DNA from: Pseudomonas phage PhiPA3
Length of the DNA: 64,000 nt
Direction: 5' to 3' (one strand)
Sequence record: HQ630627.1
This document shows, in pieces, positions 40,168 to 49,270 of the stretch (position 1 is its first letter; each line of letters starts with the position of its first letter). Made by a program: the position numbers and the translations under genes. The notes under the pieces are model-generated. The model did no database searches and had not been told where the DNA came from. It worked only from the letters and a program-made list of their open reading frames with translations.

Positions 40168-40650
40168 ATGGCTGAATTCATAATCGGTAAGGATATCTTC
40201 CAGGAGCCCGGAGATCTTTACGTCATAACCGTCAACACCGTTGGCGTGATGGGTGCCGGCGTTGCCAAAGCCTTTAGAGAGCGTCACCCTGACCTCTTTC
40301 AAAGGTACAAACATGATTGCAAGATGAAGATCATCCAGATCGGTCATCCTGTCATCTACAAAGGAGATGACAATAAACATTACATGATGTTCCCCACTAA
40401 GGAACGATGGCAAGATCCGTCTCTACCTTCTTACATATCTGCTGGTTTACAGTGGATGGTCGACAATATCGACGAGAATGCAGACGATGATTTCATCGAT
40501 TCCAAGTGGAAGATCGTCATGCCACCCTTAGGGTGTGGACATGGAAAACTACACTTCCCAGATGTCAGGGCAATGATTGAAGAGTTCTCTCAACACATTC
40601 CTAATCAACTGGTTGTGGTCTATCCTCCCTGGATGGAGTCCGTTGAGTAA
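40168..40650 (+). CDS. macro-domain protein (ADP-ribose binding/processing)
   Basis: GDLYVITVNTVGVMGAGVAKAF aligns with macro N-x-A-N-x-x-L-x-GGGV-x-x-AI motif; IVMPPLGCGHGKLHFP aligns with VAFPAISTGVYGYP motif. Confidence 0.6.
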   Translation: MAEFIIGKDIFQEPGDLYVITVNTVGVMGAGVAKAFRERHPDLFQRYKHDCKMKIIQIGHPVIYKGDDNKHYMMFPTKERWQDPSLPSYISAGLQWMVDNIDENADDDFIDSKWKIVMPPLGCGHGKLHFPDVRAMIEEFSQHIPNQLVVVYPPWMESVE

Positions 40651-40661
40651 TGCAACATAAT

Positions 40662-40693
40662 GCCCCACCTAACGGGTGGGGATTATGCCGCTA
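40662..40693 (+). terminator. hairpin GCCCCACC-TAAC-GGGTGGGG + ATTATGCCGCT
   Basis: last plus-strand hairpin+TTATGC unit before the early cluster. Confidence 0.55.
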
Positions 40694-40732
40694 TTGGCTG
40701 AGCAGATTCGTATATTCAAAACATTTTAAACA

Positions 40733-40756
40733 CTATATTACAAATGTGATATTAGC
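40733..40756 (+). promoter_or_regulatory. early-promoter-like box CTATATTACAAATGTGATATTAGCC
   Basis: near-identical copies at 41893 and 58681; about 25 nt upstream of first small gene; TATATTAC resembles early promoter consensus reported for phiKZ. Confidence 0.5.
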
Positions 40757-40781
40757 CTAGTTAATCAACGGAGTAATCCCC

Positions 40782-40889
40782 ATGGGCATTGCTAAGTTCT
40801 GCTTTAAACTCGGTCTGGCAGTCGTGATCATTAACGCAGCCTGGTGGGCCGTTGATACCATCTTCGAAGAGGAAACCACAGATGTCTGA
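40782..40889 (+). CDS. small TM protein (35 aa)
   Basis: hand-called MGIAKFCFKLGLAVVIINAAWWAVDTIFEEETTDV. Confidence 0.35.
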   Translation: MGIAKFCFKLGLAVVIINAAWWAVDTIFEEETTDV

Positions 40890-40986
40890 CTACATCAAGT
40901 TCAACCTGAAAGTAGTACTGGGCATAGTAGCCTGTTACTATGCTTTGAAAACCACCAACTTCATCGTAGAAGAAATCATCGGTTAA
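40882..40986 (+). CDS. small TM protein (34 aa)
   Basis: hand-called MSDYIKFNLKVVLGIVACYYALKTTNFIVEEIIG; overlaps previous by 8 nt. Confidence 0.35.
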   Translation: MSDYIKFNLKVVLGIVACYYALKTTNFIVEEIIG

Positions 40987-40991
40987 GTGTC

Positions 40992-41321
40992 ATGAACTGG
41001 TACTTCAAATCAGTTCTGGCACTTACAGGGGTTATGACCGTTTTGGGTGCAGGCATAGGCCTTCTCGCCTGGCGACATATCTCTACGATCAACAAATTGT
41101 ATTCCCAAGGTTGGGAGTACCTCAACAAGATCCATGACCAACTTCTGAGTGATGGGTACTACCATCATTCGCACTGGCAACGCCGCAAGAGTCTCTTGTG
41201 GCAAGAAGCAGCAGCTGGAATCGAAGAGATTTTAGCTGCGTACCCCGCGAGCATAAAAGACCATGTTCGCGAACACCTACGCTACGATTCACGTCGGATC
41301 GTTAACTGTGATACTCACTGA
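40992..41321 (+). CDS. small membrane protein
   Basis: track ORF; N-terminal TM VLALTGVMTVLGAGIGLLAW. Confidence 0.5.
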   Translation: MNWYFKSVLALTGVMTVLGAGIGLLAWRHISTINKLYSQGWEYLNKIHDQLLSDGYYHHSHWQRRKSLLWQEAAAGIEEILAAYPASIKDHVREHLRYDSRRIVNCDTH

Positions 41322-41336
41322 AAAGGAAACTGCACC

Positions 41337-41492
41337 ATGAAACAAGCTCTCATCATCGCTGGTATCGTTACCTCCATCGGCGCTGCTGCCTTCGCCGGCT
41401 ACAAGTACTTCACCGGCAACGACGCCGACTCGGCGGGCGACACCCCGGCAGCTCCCGAAGCCGCCACTGAAGAAACCCCCGCTACTGAATAA
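41337..41492 (+). CDS. small TM protein (51 aa)
   Basis: hand-called MKQALIIAGIVTSIGAAAFAGYKYF...; RBS AAAAGGAAAC. Confidence 0.4.
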   Translation: MKQALIIAGIVTSIGAAAFAGYKYFTGNDADSAGDTPAAPEAATEETPATE

Positions 41493-41535
41493 GTAGCGGT
41501 TCACCTTCCACACCATTTCAAGTAAGGAAAGCAAT

Positions 41536-41838
41536 ATGTTCGGTTCTCTCGTAAAAGGTGCTCTGCTGATGGTCGTCGGAGCGGCTGGTCTGACTGCCAT
41601 GATGGTGTGGTCGGATGACGCTATCTCGAATGAGCTCCTGCGTGAGTTCAACGATTACGTCAAGTCTCTACCCGAAGATCTCGTCGGTGAAGAGCGTAAC
41701 AAAACCATCCATAGCTATGTCGAGCGTCGCATGAAAGAAATCCGCAGCGCTCTCAGCATGGCTCGTAACCTGTGTGAATTGGAGGAAAAGGTACAAGCCT
41801 TCCTCCAGAAGAACATCACTCCGGTTCCGGCAGAGTAA
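41536..41838 (+). CDS. small membrane protein
   Basis: track ORF; RBS AGGAAAGCAATATG; TM LLMVVGAAGLTAMMVW. Confidence 0.5.
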   Translation: MFGSLVKGALLMVVGAAGLTAMMVWSDDAISNELLREFNDYVKSLPEDLVGEERNKTIHSYVERRMKEIRSALSMARNLCELEEKVQAFLQKNITPVPAE

Positions 41839-41844
41839 CCCCTA

Positions 41845-41862
41845 GGGGGCCTTCGGGCCCCC
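41845..41862 (+). terminator. hairpin GGGGGCC-TTCG-GGCCCCC (no TTATGC box)
   Basis: GC hairpin directly after stop, followed by second early box. Confidence 0.5.
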
Positions 41863-41892
41863 ATCTCCTTTGTAATGTATCTTTTCTGAAGG

Positions 41893-41916
41893 CTATATTA
41901 CAAAAGTGATATTACC
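41893..41916 (+). promoter_or_regulatory. early-promoter-like box CTATATTACAAAAGTGATATTACCC
   Basis: second copy of box; 23 nt upstream of RBS of 41939 gene. Confidence 0.5.
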
Positions 41917-41938
41917 CAATTCAATCGAGGATTTAATC

Positions 41939-42091
41939 ATGAAAGCAATTGCCCTGGTATTCGTAGGTATGGTTCTTGGCGGCCTGTTCGTTAACGCTAA
42001 GTACGATACCCCCAAAGCATCTGAAGAGCAAGTTGTACTCGGTACCCGGATCGGTTCTCTGGGTCAAGAGATCTTGGTTGTTAAGAACTAA
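41939..42091 (+). CDS. small TM protein (50 aa)
   Basis: track ORF 41906 trimmed to ATG after GAGGA; MKAIALVFVGMVLGGLFV. Confidence 0.45.
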   Translation: MKAIALVFVGMVLGGLFVNAKYDTPKASEEQVVLGTRIGSLGQEILVVKN

Positions 42092-42130
42092 GTAATACCC
42101 CCTTCAAATAAACAATAGGAAAATACAATC

Positions 42131-42487
42131 ATGGCTCGCTCCCTCTCTGACTACGTCGTAGAAGAAATCGTTTATCCGACCGTCATCGGTCTGTCTATCG
42201 CCGGCGTTCTGATCGGCATCAATGAGGCTGTCAAATGGTGGAACCGTCCCACCGATAAGGACATCGTCGAAGAATACTGTATCAAGATCGATGAGATCGT
42301 TCAGCGCCACAAGAACCGTGTCGTCGCTCGCGAGGGGGATCGCATCATCGCCGTCAACACCGCTTACCGTGCCCTGATGCTTCGCCTCGCCGTGGAATAC
42401 CAGGGTAACGAACTGGAAGAAGTTCGTAAGACCATCCGTGCACATTACGAAATGCGTGCGAAAGAAAACGGTTGGGAAATCAACTAA
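42131..42487 (+). CDS. small membrane protein
   Basis: track ORF; TM VIGLSIAGVLIGI. Confidence 0.5.
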   Translation: MARSLSDYVVEEIVYPTVIGLSIAGVLIGINEAVKWWNRPTDKDIVEEYCIKIDEIVQRHKNRVVAREGDRIIAVNTAYRALMLRLAVEYQGNELEEVRKTIRAHYEMRAKENGWEIN

Positions 42488-42552
42488 GCGCGATGGGGTA
42501 GGCGAAAGCTTACCCCCTGTTATACCTTCAATTTTTAATAGGAATCTTCAAA

Positions 42553-42933
42553 ATGAAAACAGTCTCGATCGTGGCCATCACTATTTCAGCTGTAGTCGCT
42601 GTTGGTTTCACCGCAGCGGCTATCTATACCCACAACCGTAACGAAGCTCGCATCGAAAAACGCGATGCATTCATCGACAGCATTTGCGGCGATCTCGCCG
42701 AAGCAGTTGCTAAGTACAAGCGTACCGCTGACTACGACAAACTCGTGGACAGTCTGCGTGAAGACGGTCTCTCTCCGGAAGACCTCGTCAATCGCGTGCG
42801 CTTTGCTGTAGCCGCCAAACTGCTTCCGCGGTTCGAGAAGCGTTTGGAAAAGAACAAGGATGAATACTCCGAAGAAGACTTCGGTATCATCCTGTCCCGT
42901 CTCCACACCTTCACCAAGCGAGTTATCTACTAA
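42553..42933 (+). CDS. small membrane protein
   Basis: track ORF; N-terminal TM IVAITISAVVAVGFTAAAIY. Confidence 0.5.
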   Translation: MKTVSIVAITISAVVAVGFTAAAIYTHNRNEARIEKRDAFIDSICGDLAEAVAKYKRTADYDKLVDSLREDGLSPEDLVNRVRFAVAAKLLPRFEKRLEKNKDEYSEEDFGIILSRLHTFTKRVIY

Positions 42934-43115
42934 TGAAATACCTCACTCAAGCCCTCGTTGTAATCTTCCTCGGTGCCAGCGTTGCTGTGGGTAACGCTTA
43001 CGTCGATCTGACCAAGCCGGAAGGCAAAGTCAGTAAAGAAACCCAAGCACTCTGCGACAAGCGTGACCAGAAGTGTCAGCAGTTTGTGATCGTCTTCCAG
43101 GAGAAGTTCAAGTGA
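42933..43115 (+). CDS. small secreted/TM protein
   Basis: track ORF; signal-like ALVVIFLGASVAVGNA; four Cys. Confidence 0.45.
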   Translation: MKYLTQALVVIFLGASVAVGNAYVDLTKPEGKVSKETQALCDKRDQKCQQFVIVFQEKFK

Positions 43116-43531
43116 TCCAACAACCTTACCGTCGCACAGCGGCCGAGTTCTCCATCAATCAAGGAACTGAACAGAAACAAGCTGCCGGTTTCACCAGCGC
43201 CTATTATGTCTTCGCTGACATTAAAGGCGACACCATGCTGGACTGGATCGAATACCAGATGAACCGTCTGATGCCTCTGGAGGTCCGTAACCATAACCAC
43301 AGCTACAAGGACATGTTCTGGATGTTCCATGACCAGGGCTTGTTCAAAGAGCCGGTAAACGCTGAGTTCTTCTATCGGATCATCCCGATCCACAAGCGCC
43401 GTTTCCGCAAGCTGCTGCGCCGCGTAGCCGGCGCCTGTCGTATCAAGGGTGGCGGTTACAAGGGCGTGGATTGCATGGTGGTTCCTGATGCAGTGGTCGA
43501 CACCATGAACGCCTGGGTCAATGAAGGCTAA
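43073..43531 (+). CDS. hypothetical early protein
   Basis: track ORF; GTG at 43112 overlapping upstream stop is an alternative start. Confidence 0.45.
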   Translation: MSAVCDRLPGEVQVIQQPYRRTAAEFSINQGTEQKQAAGFTSAYYVFADIKGDTMLDWIEYQMNRLMPLEVRNHNHSYKDMFWMFHDQGLFKEPVNAEFFYRIIPIHKRRFRKLLRRVAGACRIKGGGYKGVDCMVVPDAVVDTMNAWVNEG

Positions 43532-43859
43532 ACGTCCGCAGATCTACCGAAGGAAATCCGTAACAATGACCGATAAATACGAATCTCCGGTTAGCACACC
43601 GGATAAGCTTTACATCAACGGCTACAACGTCACCGCCCTGACGGACCTGATCGAACAAATACGCGATCACTTCGGGGATGAAACGTTCCTGGAACAGATC
43701 TCCATCGATACCGAGCAGGTTCAAGTCGCCGGTTGCAGCTGTTGCCCTGGTGGTGCTGTCTACAACACCTACTACGTTATCACCCGTGAGCCTGTGGGGG
43801 ATAACGTACGTAACTCGGCTACCATGCTGGGTGGTATCCTTCAGGAAACTGACGGATGA
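43521..43859 (+). CDS. hypothetical early protein (Cys-rich CSCCPGG)
   Basis: track ORF; internal ATG 43566 possible. Confidence 0.45.
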   Translation: MKAKRPQIYRRKSVTMTDKYESPVSTPDKLYINGYNVTALTDLIEQIRDHFGDETFLEQISIDTEQVQVAGCSCCPGGAVYNTYYVITREPVGDNVRNSATMLGGILQETDG

Positions 43860-44083
43860 GTTACCGTTTCCGTCAGATAACCTCGACAGAGGCACGTGAG
43901 CTCCCTAACGGTGAGTATGACACGTGCCCACTACATGGCCCTCAGGTGTACATGCCTGAGCGTCGTGTACGGGTGAAGAATGGTTCTGTGCGGTTACTGG
44001 CGTACATCGATGATGACATGCTGGCATTCAGTGCACCGTTCTTCTTTGAAGTCAACGTTTTAGTGGAGAAGCAAGATGGGTAA
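43856..44083 (+). CDS. hypothetical early protein
   Basis: track ORF; ATGA overlap. Confidence 0.45.
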   Translation: MSYRFRQITSTEARELPNGEYDTCPLHGPQVYMPERRVRVKNGSVRLLAYIDDDMLAFSAPFFFEVNVLVEKQDG

Positions 44084-44243
44084 GAAATTATTCGACCATG
44101 TCCGCAGTCAATGGTTAATGGCCACCTGCTTCGCTGTAGCTGATTCGGTTCTGTATGGTGATGCTTTCGCACGGAATAGCATCAAAGAAGCAGAAGACAA
44201 CCTTCGGGAAACGGCGGCTAAGATCATTGCAGGTGACTACTGA
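44076..44243 (+). CDS. small protein (55 aa)
   Basis: hand-called MGKKLFDHVRSQWLMATCFAVADSVLYGDAF...; stop overlaps next ATG (TGATG). Confidence 0.35.
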   Translation: MGKKLFDHVRSQWLMATCFAVADSVLYGDAFARNSIKEAEDNLRETAAKIIAGDY

Positions 44244-44428
44244 TGGCTTCGCGTATTTCCAAAGGTAAACGTCGGTACCTGATGCAGTTGGTTAAGTCGG
44301 GTGCTATGCGTTATAAAAGTATCTGGCAGGCTGCTTGCGGTATGTACGGCCTCAATATGCATCTCGAAGGCACGTCAGAATCGCGTGAAGCCATCTACCG
44401 TCGATTCCTGGAAGAGGAAGAGCAATGA
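44243..44428 (+). CDS. hypothetical early protein
   Basis: track ORF. Confidence 0.45.
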   Translation: MASRISKGKRRYLMQLVKSGAMRYKSIWQAACGMYGLNMHLEGTSESREAIYRRFLEEEEQ

Positions 44429-44658
44429 GCCTCAACTACAGCGGCTACAGCGTTACCTTTAACGTTACGCACAACGGTGTCCAAAAAGCGTTCACTGGGT
44501 TCACTGAACCGACTGGTGATGCTGAGGAGGACAAGAAGATCGCTACTCGTAAAGCCATGGAGCAATTCATGGCCTCCGAGCAGTTCGGTCAGATGACCTA
44601 TGGCTTGATGGACGAGTTCAACATCAAGGTCACCACGCTGGTACACACCAGCATGTAA
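44425..44658 (+). CDS. hypothetical early protein
   Basis: track ORF; ATGA overlap. Confidence 0.45.
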   Translation: MSLNYSGYSVTFNVTHNGVQKAFTGFTEPTGDAEEDKKIATRKAMEQFMASEQFGQMTYGLMDEFNIKVTTLVHTSM

Positions 44659-44725
44659 AGAGTAATATACGTGTACTCGTATCCTAAACAGATACGAGTG
44701 CATTATTTTATTCCGTGAGGTAGGT

Positions 44726-44962
44726 ATGTTTATTAATGTGATCGCTCAAATCCAGGGTCAGAGTAGAACGGTGGATGTAATCGTCAGTGAGCCTAATAGC
44801 CTCGTTGAACTATTGACGATTTATCAGAAGTCGGATAAGGTTAAAGCTTATCGGGTTATTCCACAAGACTGCCCACCAGTAAAGAACTTCTATACCGATT
44901 TCGGTTGGGGTAACGCGTATTTTGATAAGAACCAACCTGATAAATTTGATTGGACCGATTAA
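44726..44962 (+). CDS. hypothetical early protein
   Basis: track ORF; RBS GTGAGGTAGG. Confidence 0.45.
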   Translation: MFINVIAQIQGQSRTVDVIVSEPNSLVELLTIYQKSDKVKAYRVIPQDCPPVKNFYTDFGWGNAYFDKNQPDKFDWTD

Positions 44963-45006
44963 CATGTCTAAAGAGGAAGGGCTGACCTACGTCGTCCCGC
45001 CGTACG

Positions 45007-45240
45007 ATGAACTCTGACAAGCTACGGGGAATACTGGCTAACCACGGTATACTCCCTACACTGTTCGTTGAGAGTTCAGATATACGTATTGCCAACTTCC
45101 GGTTCCAACGGCATAAAACTCAGGTTCTCAAACCTGGTGGACCTGGTTATCGGAAATGGATTGACGTGGATTCACTGGACTGGGTAGAAGTCGAGTTCCA
45201 CCTCAACAAATTCCTCAAGGAGAATGGTCTCGATGGATGA
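45007..45240 (+). CDS. hypothetical early protein
   Basis: track ORF. Confidence 0.4.
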   Translation: MNSDKLRGILANHGILPTLFVESSDIRIANFRFQRHKTQVLKPGGPGYRKWIDVDSLDWVEVEFHLNKFLKENGLDG

Positions 45241-45688
45241 CCTCATGATCAACCACAACTACGGAAAACCCATGAACGAAACGCCAGCTATACGGATCTC
45301 GGATCTGCCAGTACTGGACGATCGCCAGATCAATCAGGCGATTGCCAATCTGGATACATTGGCCATTCCGTCTGCTGAACAGGTCATTAAAACGATCGAT
45401 GAGCAGGAGCGTATCCGTCAGACACCGCTGTTTGACACCTTCGTCAAGGACATGGTAGCCAAGCTCAATGATCCGGTGTTTCTACATCGTGAGAAACACC
45501 ATTTCTCCTCGGGTAAGGGCTACGTCTTCGAGTACAAGGATAACATGCCCGCCCCGTTGTTCGAATACCTTTGCAGTCAGTTTGGCAAAGCCGGCTGGGC
45601 GGCGGTTACCAGGACCAATGGTAACGAGCGCGCGGCAACTGGCCGAACGACTTCCATCTACGTCATCTACGATGATTGCGACGAGTAA
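45224..45688 (+). CDS. hypothetical early protein
   Basis: track ORF; ATG 45233 alternative. Confidence 0.45.
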   Translation: MVSMDDLMINHNYGKPMNETPAIRISDLPVLDDRQINQAIANLDTLAIPSAEQVIKTIDEQERIRQTPLFDTFVKDMVAKLNDPVFLHREKHHFSSGKGYVFEYKDNMPAPLFEYLCSQFGKAGWAAVTRTNGNERAATGRTTSIYVIYDDCDE

Positions 45689-45909
45689 GTGCAACCATGA
45701 TTGATAAAGAAGCGGTTTTCAAGACCGAGGAAGAAATCCTCATGAAAGGCGATCTCGTGATGTGCCGCGAGTATGGCCTGTCACCCAACGGCAATCCCCT
45801 CAATGGGGTCTGGGTGATCCGCAACCGCAAGACTGGTCAGTACATCGACCATGACCGCTACAGCAATGACCTCAAAGAGCGTCACGACTTCCACCCCAAC
45901 GTGAGTTAA
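45676..45909 (+). CDS. hypothetical early protein
   Basis: track ORF; ATG 45697 (MIDKEAVF) alternative. Confidence 0.4.
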   Translation: MRRVSATMIDKEAVFKTEEEILMKGDLVMCREYGLSPNGNPLNGVWVIRNRKTGQYIDHDRYSNDLKERHDFHPNVS

Positions 45910-45920
45910 AGGAGTAATAC

Positions 45921-46181
45921 ATGGGTACTCATATTTCCGGTGACTACACCGAAATCAATTTCCTGGAGTTCCACAACCGTAAAAAGCAACTCCCCAGTGG
46001 CATCTACCTCGTGGTTGAACACGATGGTAGTCACAACGTCGCTCGTGTTACCAGCAACGGTCTCTGGAATGAGATCGACTGGTTCTCGGTACAAGAGTGG
46101 GAAGATCTGCAACAACGTGAGCATCAAGCACGTATGGATGATGCTGCGCTCGACGCCATCATGCGTTTCGATCCCCTTTAA
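45921..46181 (+). CDS. hypothetical early protein
   Basis: track ORF; RBS AAAGGAGTAATACATG. Confidence 0.5.
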   Translation: MGTHISGDYTEINFLEFHNRKKQLPSGIYLVVEHDGSHNVARVTSNGLWNEIDWFSVQEWEDLQQREHQARMDDAALDAIMRFDPL

Positions 46182-46217
46182 CAACCGTCATTCAATTAGT
46201 AATAGGAAAATTTAATC

Positions 46218-47033
46218 ATGACTCATCGTCCGACTCAAGAACAACTGCAACATTTTCGTAGCATGCGTGAAGCTCGTCGTGTTCGCTTCAATCCGGCTCA
46301 CCTCCCCCAGGGCACCGTAGTCGAAGCTGAGCTCCCCACCCTGAAGAACTACGACAACCCGGAACAAATGGTGATCCTGCCGGGTGACGTATACCCACGC
46401 GGTCAGTTCACCGTGGATTACTGCGGTCGTAACGGCGCTGACAGCTGGTACGTCGTGTGCTTCGAAGAAGATGAAGGCCTGGGCATCAAGCGTGGGTTCA
46501 ACATCTCCTGGGTGCGCAAGATCATCTCCCGTGGTACTGGTCCGGTTCTGACCGATGACCCGAACCGCGATACCACTTACCGACCCAACATGCACCCGCC
46601 GCGTTACCGCAGCTTCCCCAAGCCCAAGAACGCGTACTACATGGAAAGCCTGCGCATGGGTGTACATGGTATCCTGCAAAGCCATCCAGCGTTCAAAGAT
46701 CGTTGCCGCGATCACCTCTACGATCTGGAGAAGATCACCGCATGGCTCGAAAATCACCCGACCATTCAGGCCGGTGCTCATAAGACCACCTACATTCACT
46801 TCTACGTCATCAATAAGCGTAAGTTCCTCAAGCTACTGGAGCAAGCCATGACTTACGCCAAGACCAGCCGCCGCAAGGAACAAGAACGCAACAACCGTCT
46901 GGACTACGAGGCCAGCATGCGTGACCTCGATTCGTGCTTCGACGATGATGACGACATCCCGGTAGTTACCGATGAGGATACCACCTGGGAAACCCACTAT
47001 GATCCATCCGCTGAGGATTGGGTTGGTAATTAA
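46218..47033 (+). CDS. hypothetical early protein (271 aa)
   Basis: track ORF; RBS TAGGAAAATTTAATCATG; its minus-strand overlap 46212..46799 judged shadow. Confidence 0.55.
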   Translation: MTHRPTQEQLQHFRSMREARRVRFNPAHLPQGTVVEAELPTLKNYDNPEQMVILPGDVYPRGQFTVDYCGRNGADSWYVVCFEEDEGLGIKRGFNISWVRKIISRGTGPVLTDDPNRDTTYRPNMHPPRYRSFPKPKNAYYMESLRMGVHGILQSHPAFKDRCRDHLYDLEKITAWLENHPTIQAGAHKTTYIHFYVINKRKFLKLLEQAMTYAKTSRRKEQERNNRLDYEASMRDLDSCFDDDDDIPVVTDEDTTWETHYDPSAEDWVGN

Positions 47034-47054
47034 TTCGTTGGTAACAACGCTTAT

Positions 47055-47090
47055 ACCCAGGGGCTCTTTGGAGCCCCATCTTTTTTTATT
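47055..47090 (+). terminator. canonical intrinsic terminator CCCAGGGGCTC-TTTG-GAGCCCCATC + T7
   Basis: GC hairpin then TTTTTTTATTT; no TTATGC box. Confidence 0.65.
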
Positions 47091-47150
47091 TCCACAAACG
47101 GCAGTACTTTTTATAACTAGACTTGCGTGTCGTTTTAGAGGGACTGAGAA

Positions 47151-47495
47151 ATGCCTGTACATCAACTCAATAGCCAATTGCTGATTAAGCACTCCCCTCA
47201 GTTCACCTATGACGATTCTGGTGTCCTGTTCAGTGCACGTAGCTACAAAGACCAGAATGACCAACCGAAGATCCATTGGGACGTATACAAGGGTAATGAT
47301 TACCACGGAGCTTTCGTACGCGTGGGTCATCCGAGTCTTCCGAACAAACTCCACTTCATCCAGTTGGAAATCTTCAAACGGTATTCACAATACACTAATC
47401 TGTGCAATCTGTACCAACTCGAACCAGTGATCAAGGAAGAGTACGATCTCCTGATCGCTAAACTCAACAAGCTGTATCACCTCAACATCGTCTAA
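47151..47495 (+). CDS. hypothetical early protein
   Basis: track ORF; RBS GGGACTGAGAAATG. Confidence 0.5.
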   Translation: MPVHQLNSQLLIKHSPQFTYDDSGVLFSARSYKDQNDQPKIHWDVYKGNDYHGAFVRVGHPSLPNKLHFIQLEIFKRYSQYTNLCNLYQLEPVIKEEYDLLIAKLNKLYHLNIV

Positions 47496-47509
47496 AAGGA
47501 AACTACAAG

Positions 47510-48580
47510 ATGATTCGTCTCCCTTCCACCGTTACCAACGTGTTCAGCCGTTCCGTCAACAACATCAACCAGTGGATGGACAAGAATGTAGGTTCAGTTT
47601 ACGCTGGTTTCCCCACGGCTGTCCTGGAATCCCCGGAAGCTGGTCACTGGCGTGAACTCGAAGCCGCTCCCCAGAACCATGTCTACATGGACATGCTCTG
47701 GGCTGAGGTAGCTCGTATCGGTCTGCGCATCTGCAACACCATTGATCGGGTCGACGTACGTCTGTACGTTGGTCTGTGTCGTCGGGATTGGTTCGACAAC
47801 GGTAACAGCGAACTGATCGAGATCTTTACCGAGCTCTATGACGGCGATCAGTGGTTCCGTACCGGTGAGCAGTACCTGCCGGTTGAGAAAGCCAATCAGA
47901 TCCCGGTGGTGCTGAACGCGCGGATCGCCTGTGGTTACTGGGACACCATCTGTCAACATGAAGTATACCTCGGGGGGTTGTATGATCCCAGTCGTATCGA
48001 CTGGCATTGGGACAATCCCTTCGTTACCCTGGCTAATCTCGAAATCCGCAGTACCTTCGTAGTACCCACCCTACTGCGTATGGTGAAACGCCTCGGCGTT
48101 ACTTCGCAGTTCCGTGGTATTGCTGACGACGCAAGTGTTGTGTTGGCGATCGACGGTATCGACGAAGCCGCCGCAATGCATGCCTCTGAACGCACCCGTG
48201 AGCACGAGGACATGGTAGTCCTCAAGCTGCGTGATGCGATCATGCGTTACATTCTCACCAGTGGCGGCTTCCAGGTACACTACCCGAACGGTAATCGCCT
48301 GCACTGCGGGCTGACCACTGGTAAATACTGGATCGATAATGACGAACGGAAATTGACTCACGTTACCATGACTCTCTACACGCCGGAACATGTTCACGGT
48401 ATCAATGGCGACCAACTGGAAGAGGTCTACTACTCCAACATGTCGGAAAACTTCGCTCCCGAAGACTACGACACCATCCTGAAAGCCCTCGATAAACGAC
48501 TGCGGGAACAGAACGATGTATCTGGTCTGGGTAGCCGTGTGGTCGACCTGTGGCGTGCAACTCAGATGTTCCCGGTATGA
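47510..48580 (+). CDS. hypothetical early protein (356 aa)
   Basis: track ORF; RBS AAAGGAAACTACAAGATG. Confidence 0.55.
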   Translation: MIRLPSTVTNVFSRSVNNINQWMDKNVGSVYAGFPTAVLESPEAGHWRELEAAPQNHVYMDMLWAEVARIGLRICNTIDRVDVRLYVGLCRRDWFDNGNSELIEIFTELYDGDQWFRTGEQYLPVEKANQIPVVLNARIACGYWDTICQHEVYLGGLYDPSRIDWHWDNPFVTLANLEIRSTFVVPTLLRMVKRLGVTSQFRGIADDASVVLAIDGIDEAAAMHASERTREHEDMVVLKLRDAIMRYILTSGGFQVHYPNGNRLHCGLTTGKYWIDNDERKLTHVTMTLYTPEHVHGINGDQLEEVYYSNMSENFAPEDYDTILKALDKRLREQNDVSGLGSRVVDLWRATQMFPV

Positions 48581-48810
48581 ATTGCGGTGTAACGGATTTC
48601 GATGTCTACTTGACCATCGTGTTCTTTTTCATTGCAGGTGCGATGTGGCTCTGGTATATTCTTGGAATGTACCTACCTACTGAGGTCTACAAGAACGAAC
48701 CCGACCACAAGAAGGATGAGTACTTCCAGAAAATGCTGTACGTAGCCTTGGGTGCCTCAGGCCTGGCTGTCGCTCAATACCTCTTCCTAAAAGGACTTTC
48801 CAATGTCTAA
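48577..48810 (+). CDS. small membrane protein
   Basis: track ORF 48550 trimmed to ATG 48577 (ATGA overlap); TM LTIVFFFIAGAMWLWYILGMY. Confidence 0.5.
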   Translation: MNCGVTDFDVYLTIVFFFIAGAMWLWYILGMYLPTEVYKNEPDHKKDEYFQKMLYVALGASGLAVAQYLFLKGLSNV

Positions 48811-49072
48811 CAAGCTTGGTAAGAAACACCCGAACTACAGCAATCAAAGTGAAGCCATGGCTAAGCTGATCGCCCGTAAGGATAAATTCGGGCGCCCCAT
48901 GGTTCGTCGTTATACCCCACACATCCTGGATGCGTGGTCGAAACTGCGTGACAAGCTCATGCATCCCTTCCAGGACCAGTACGAGGAGTCCCGCATCTCT
49001 CCGGCGAAACGGGCATACTACCTCAAGCTGGACAAGTACTACAACCGCTCCATTAACGGTAAGGACATCTGA
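48803..49072 (+). CDS. hypothetical basic protein
   Basis: track ORF. Confidence 0.45.
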   Translation: MSNKLGKKHPNYSNQSEAMAKLIARKDKFGRPMVRRYTPHILDAWSKLRDKLMHPFQDQYEESRISPAKRAYYLKLDKYYNRSINGKDI

Positions 49073-49209
49073 TGGACGAGCGCTACCAGGAATACCGCAC
49101 CATGTTCACCGACCCGTTCGCGGGTCAAACTCGTAACCAACGGAGGGTTGCCAAGAAGCTTGCCGAGAAGGAAACGCGCAAGCTCCTCCAGCGCACCCGC
49201 CAGAAGTAA
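49072..49209 (+). CDS. small basic protein (45 aa)
   Basis: hand-called MDERYQEYRTMFTDPFAGQTRNQRRVAKKLAEKETRKLLQRTRQK; ATG overlaps upstream TGA. Confidence 0.35.
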   Translation: MDERYQEYRTMFTDPFAGQTRNQRRVAKKLAEKETRKLLQRTRQK

Positions 49210-49213
49210 TGAC

Positions 49214-49240
49214 ATAAAGCCCCTCCCTTCGGGGAGGGGT
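49214..49240 (+). terminator. hairpin AGCCCCTCCC-TTCG-GGGAGGGGT (no TTATGC box)
   Basis: GC hairpin after stop followed by TTCTATTTAATTTTT. Confidence 0.55.
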
Positions 49241-49270
49241 GTTCTATTTAATTTTTAACAGGGAAATCCA

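Noticed and set aside
46212-46799. 195-aa minus-strand ORF
   Set aside because: Entirely inside plus-strand early gene 46218..47033; shadow.
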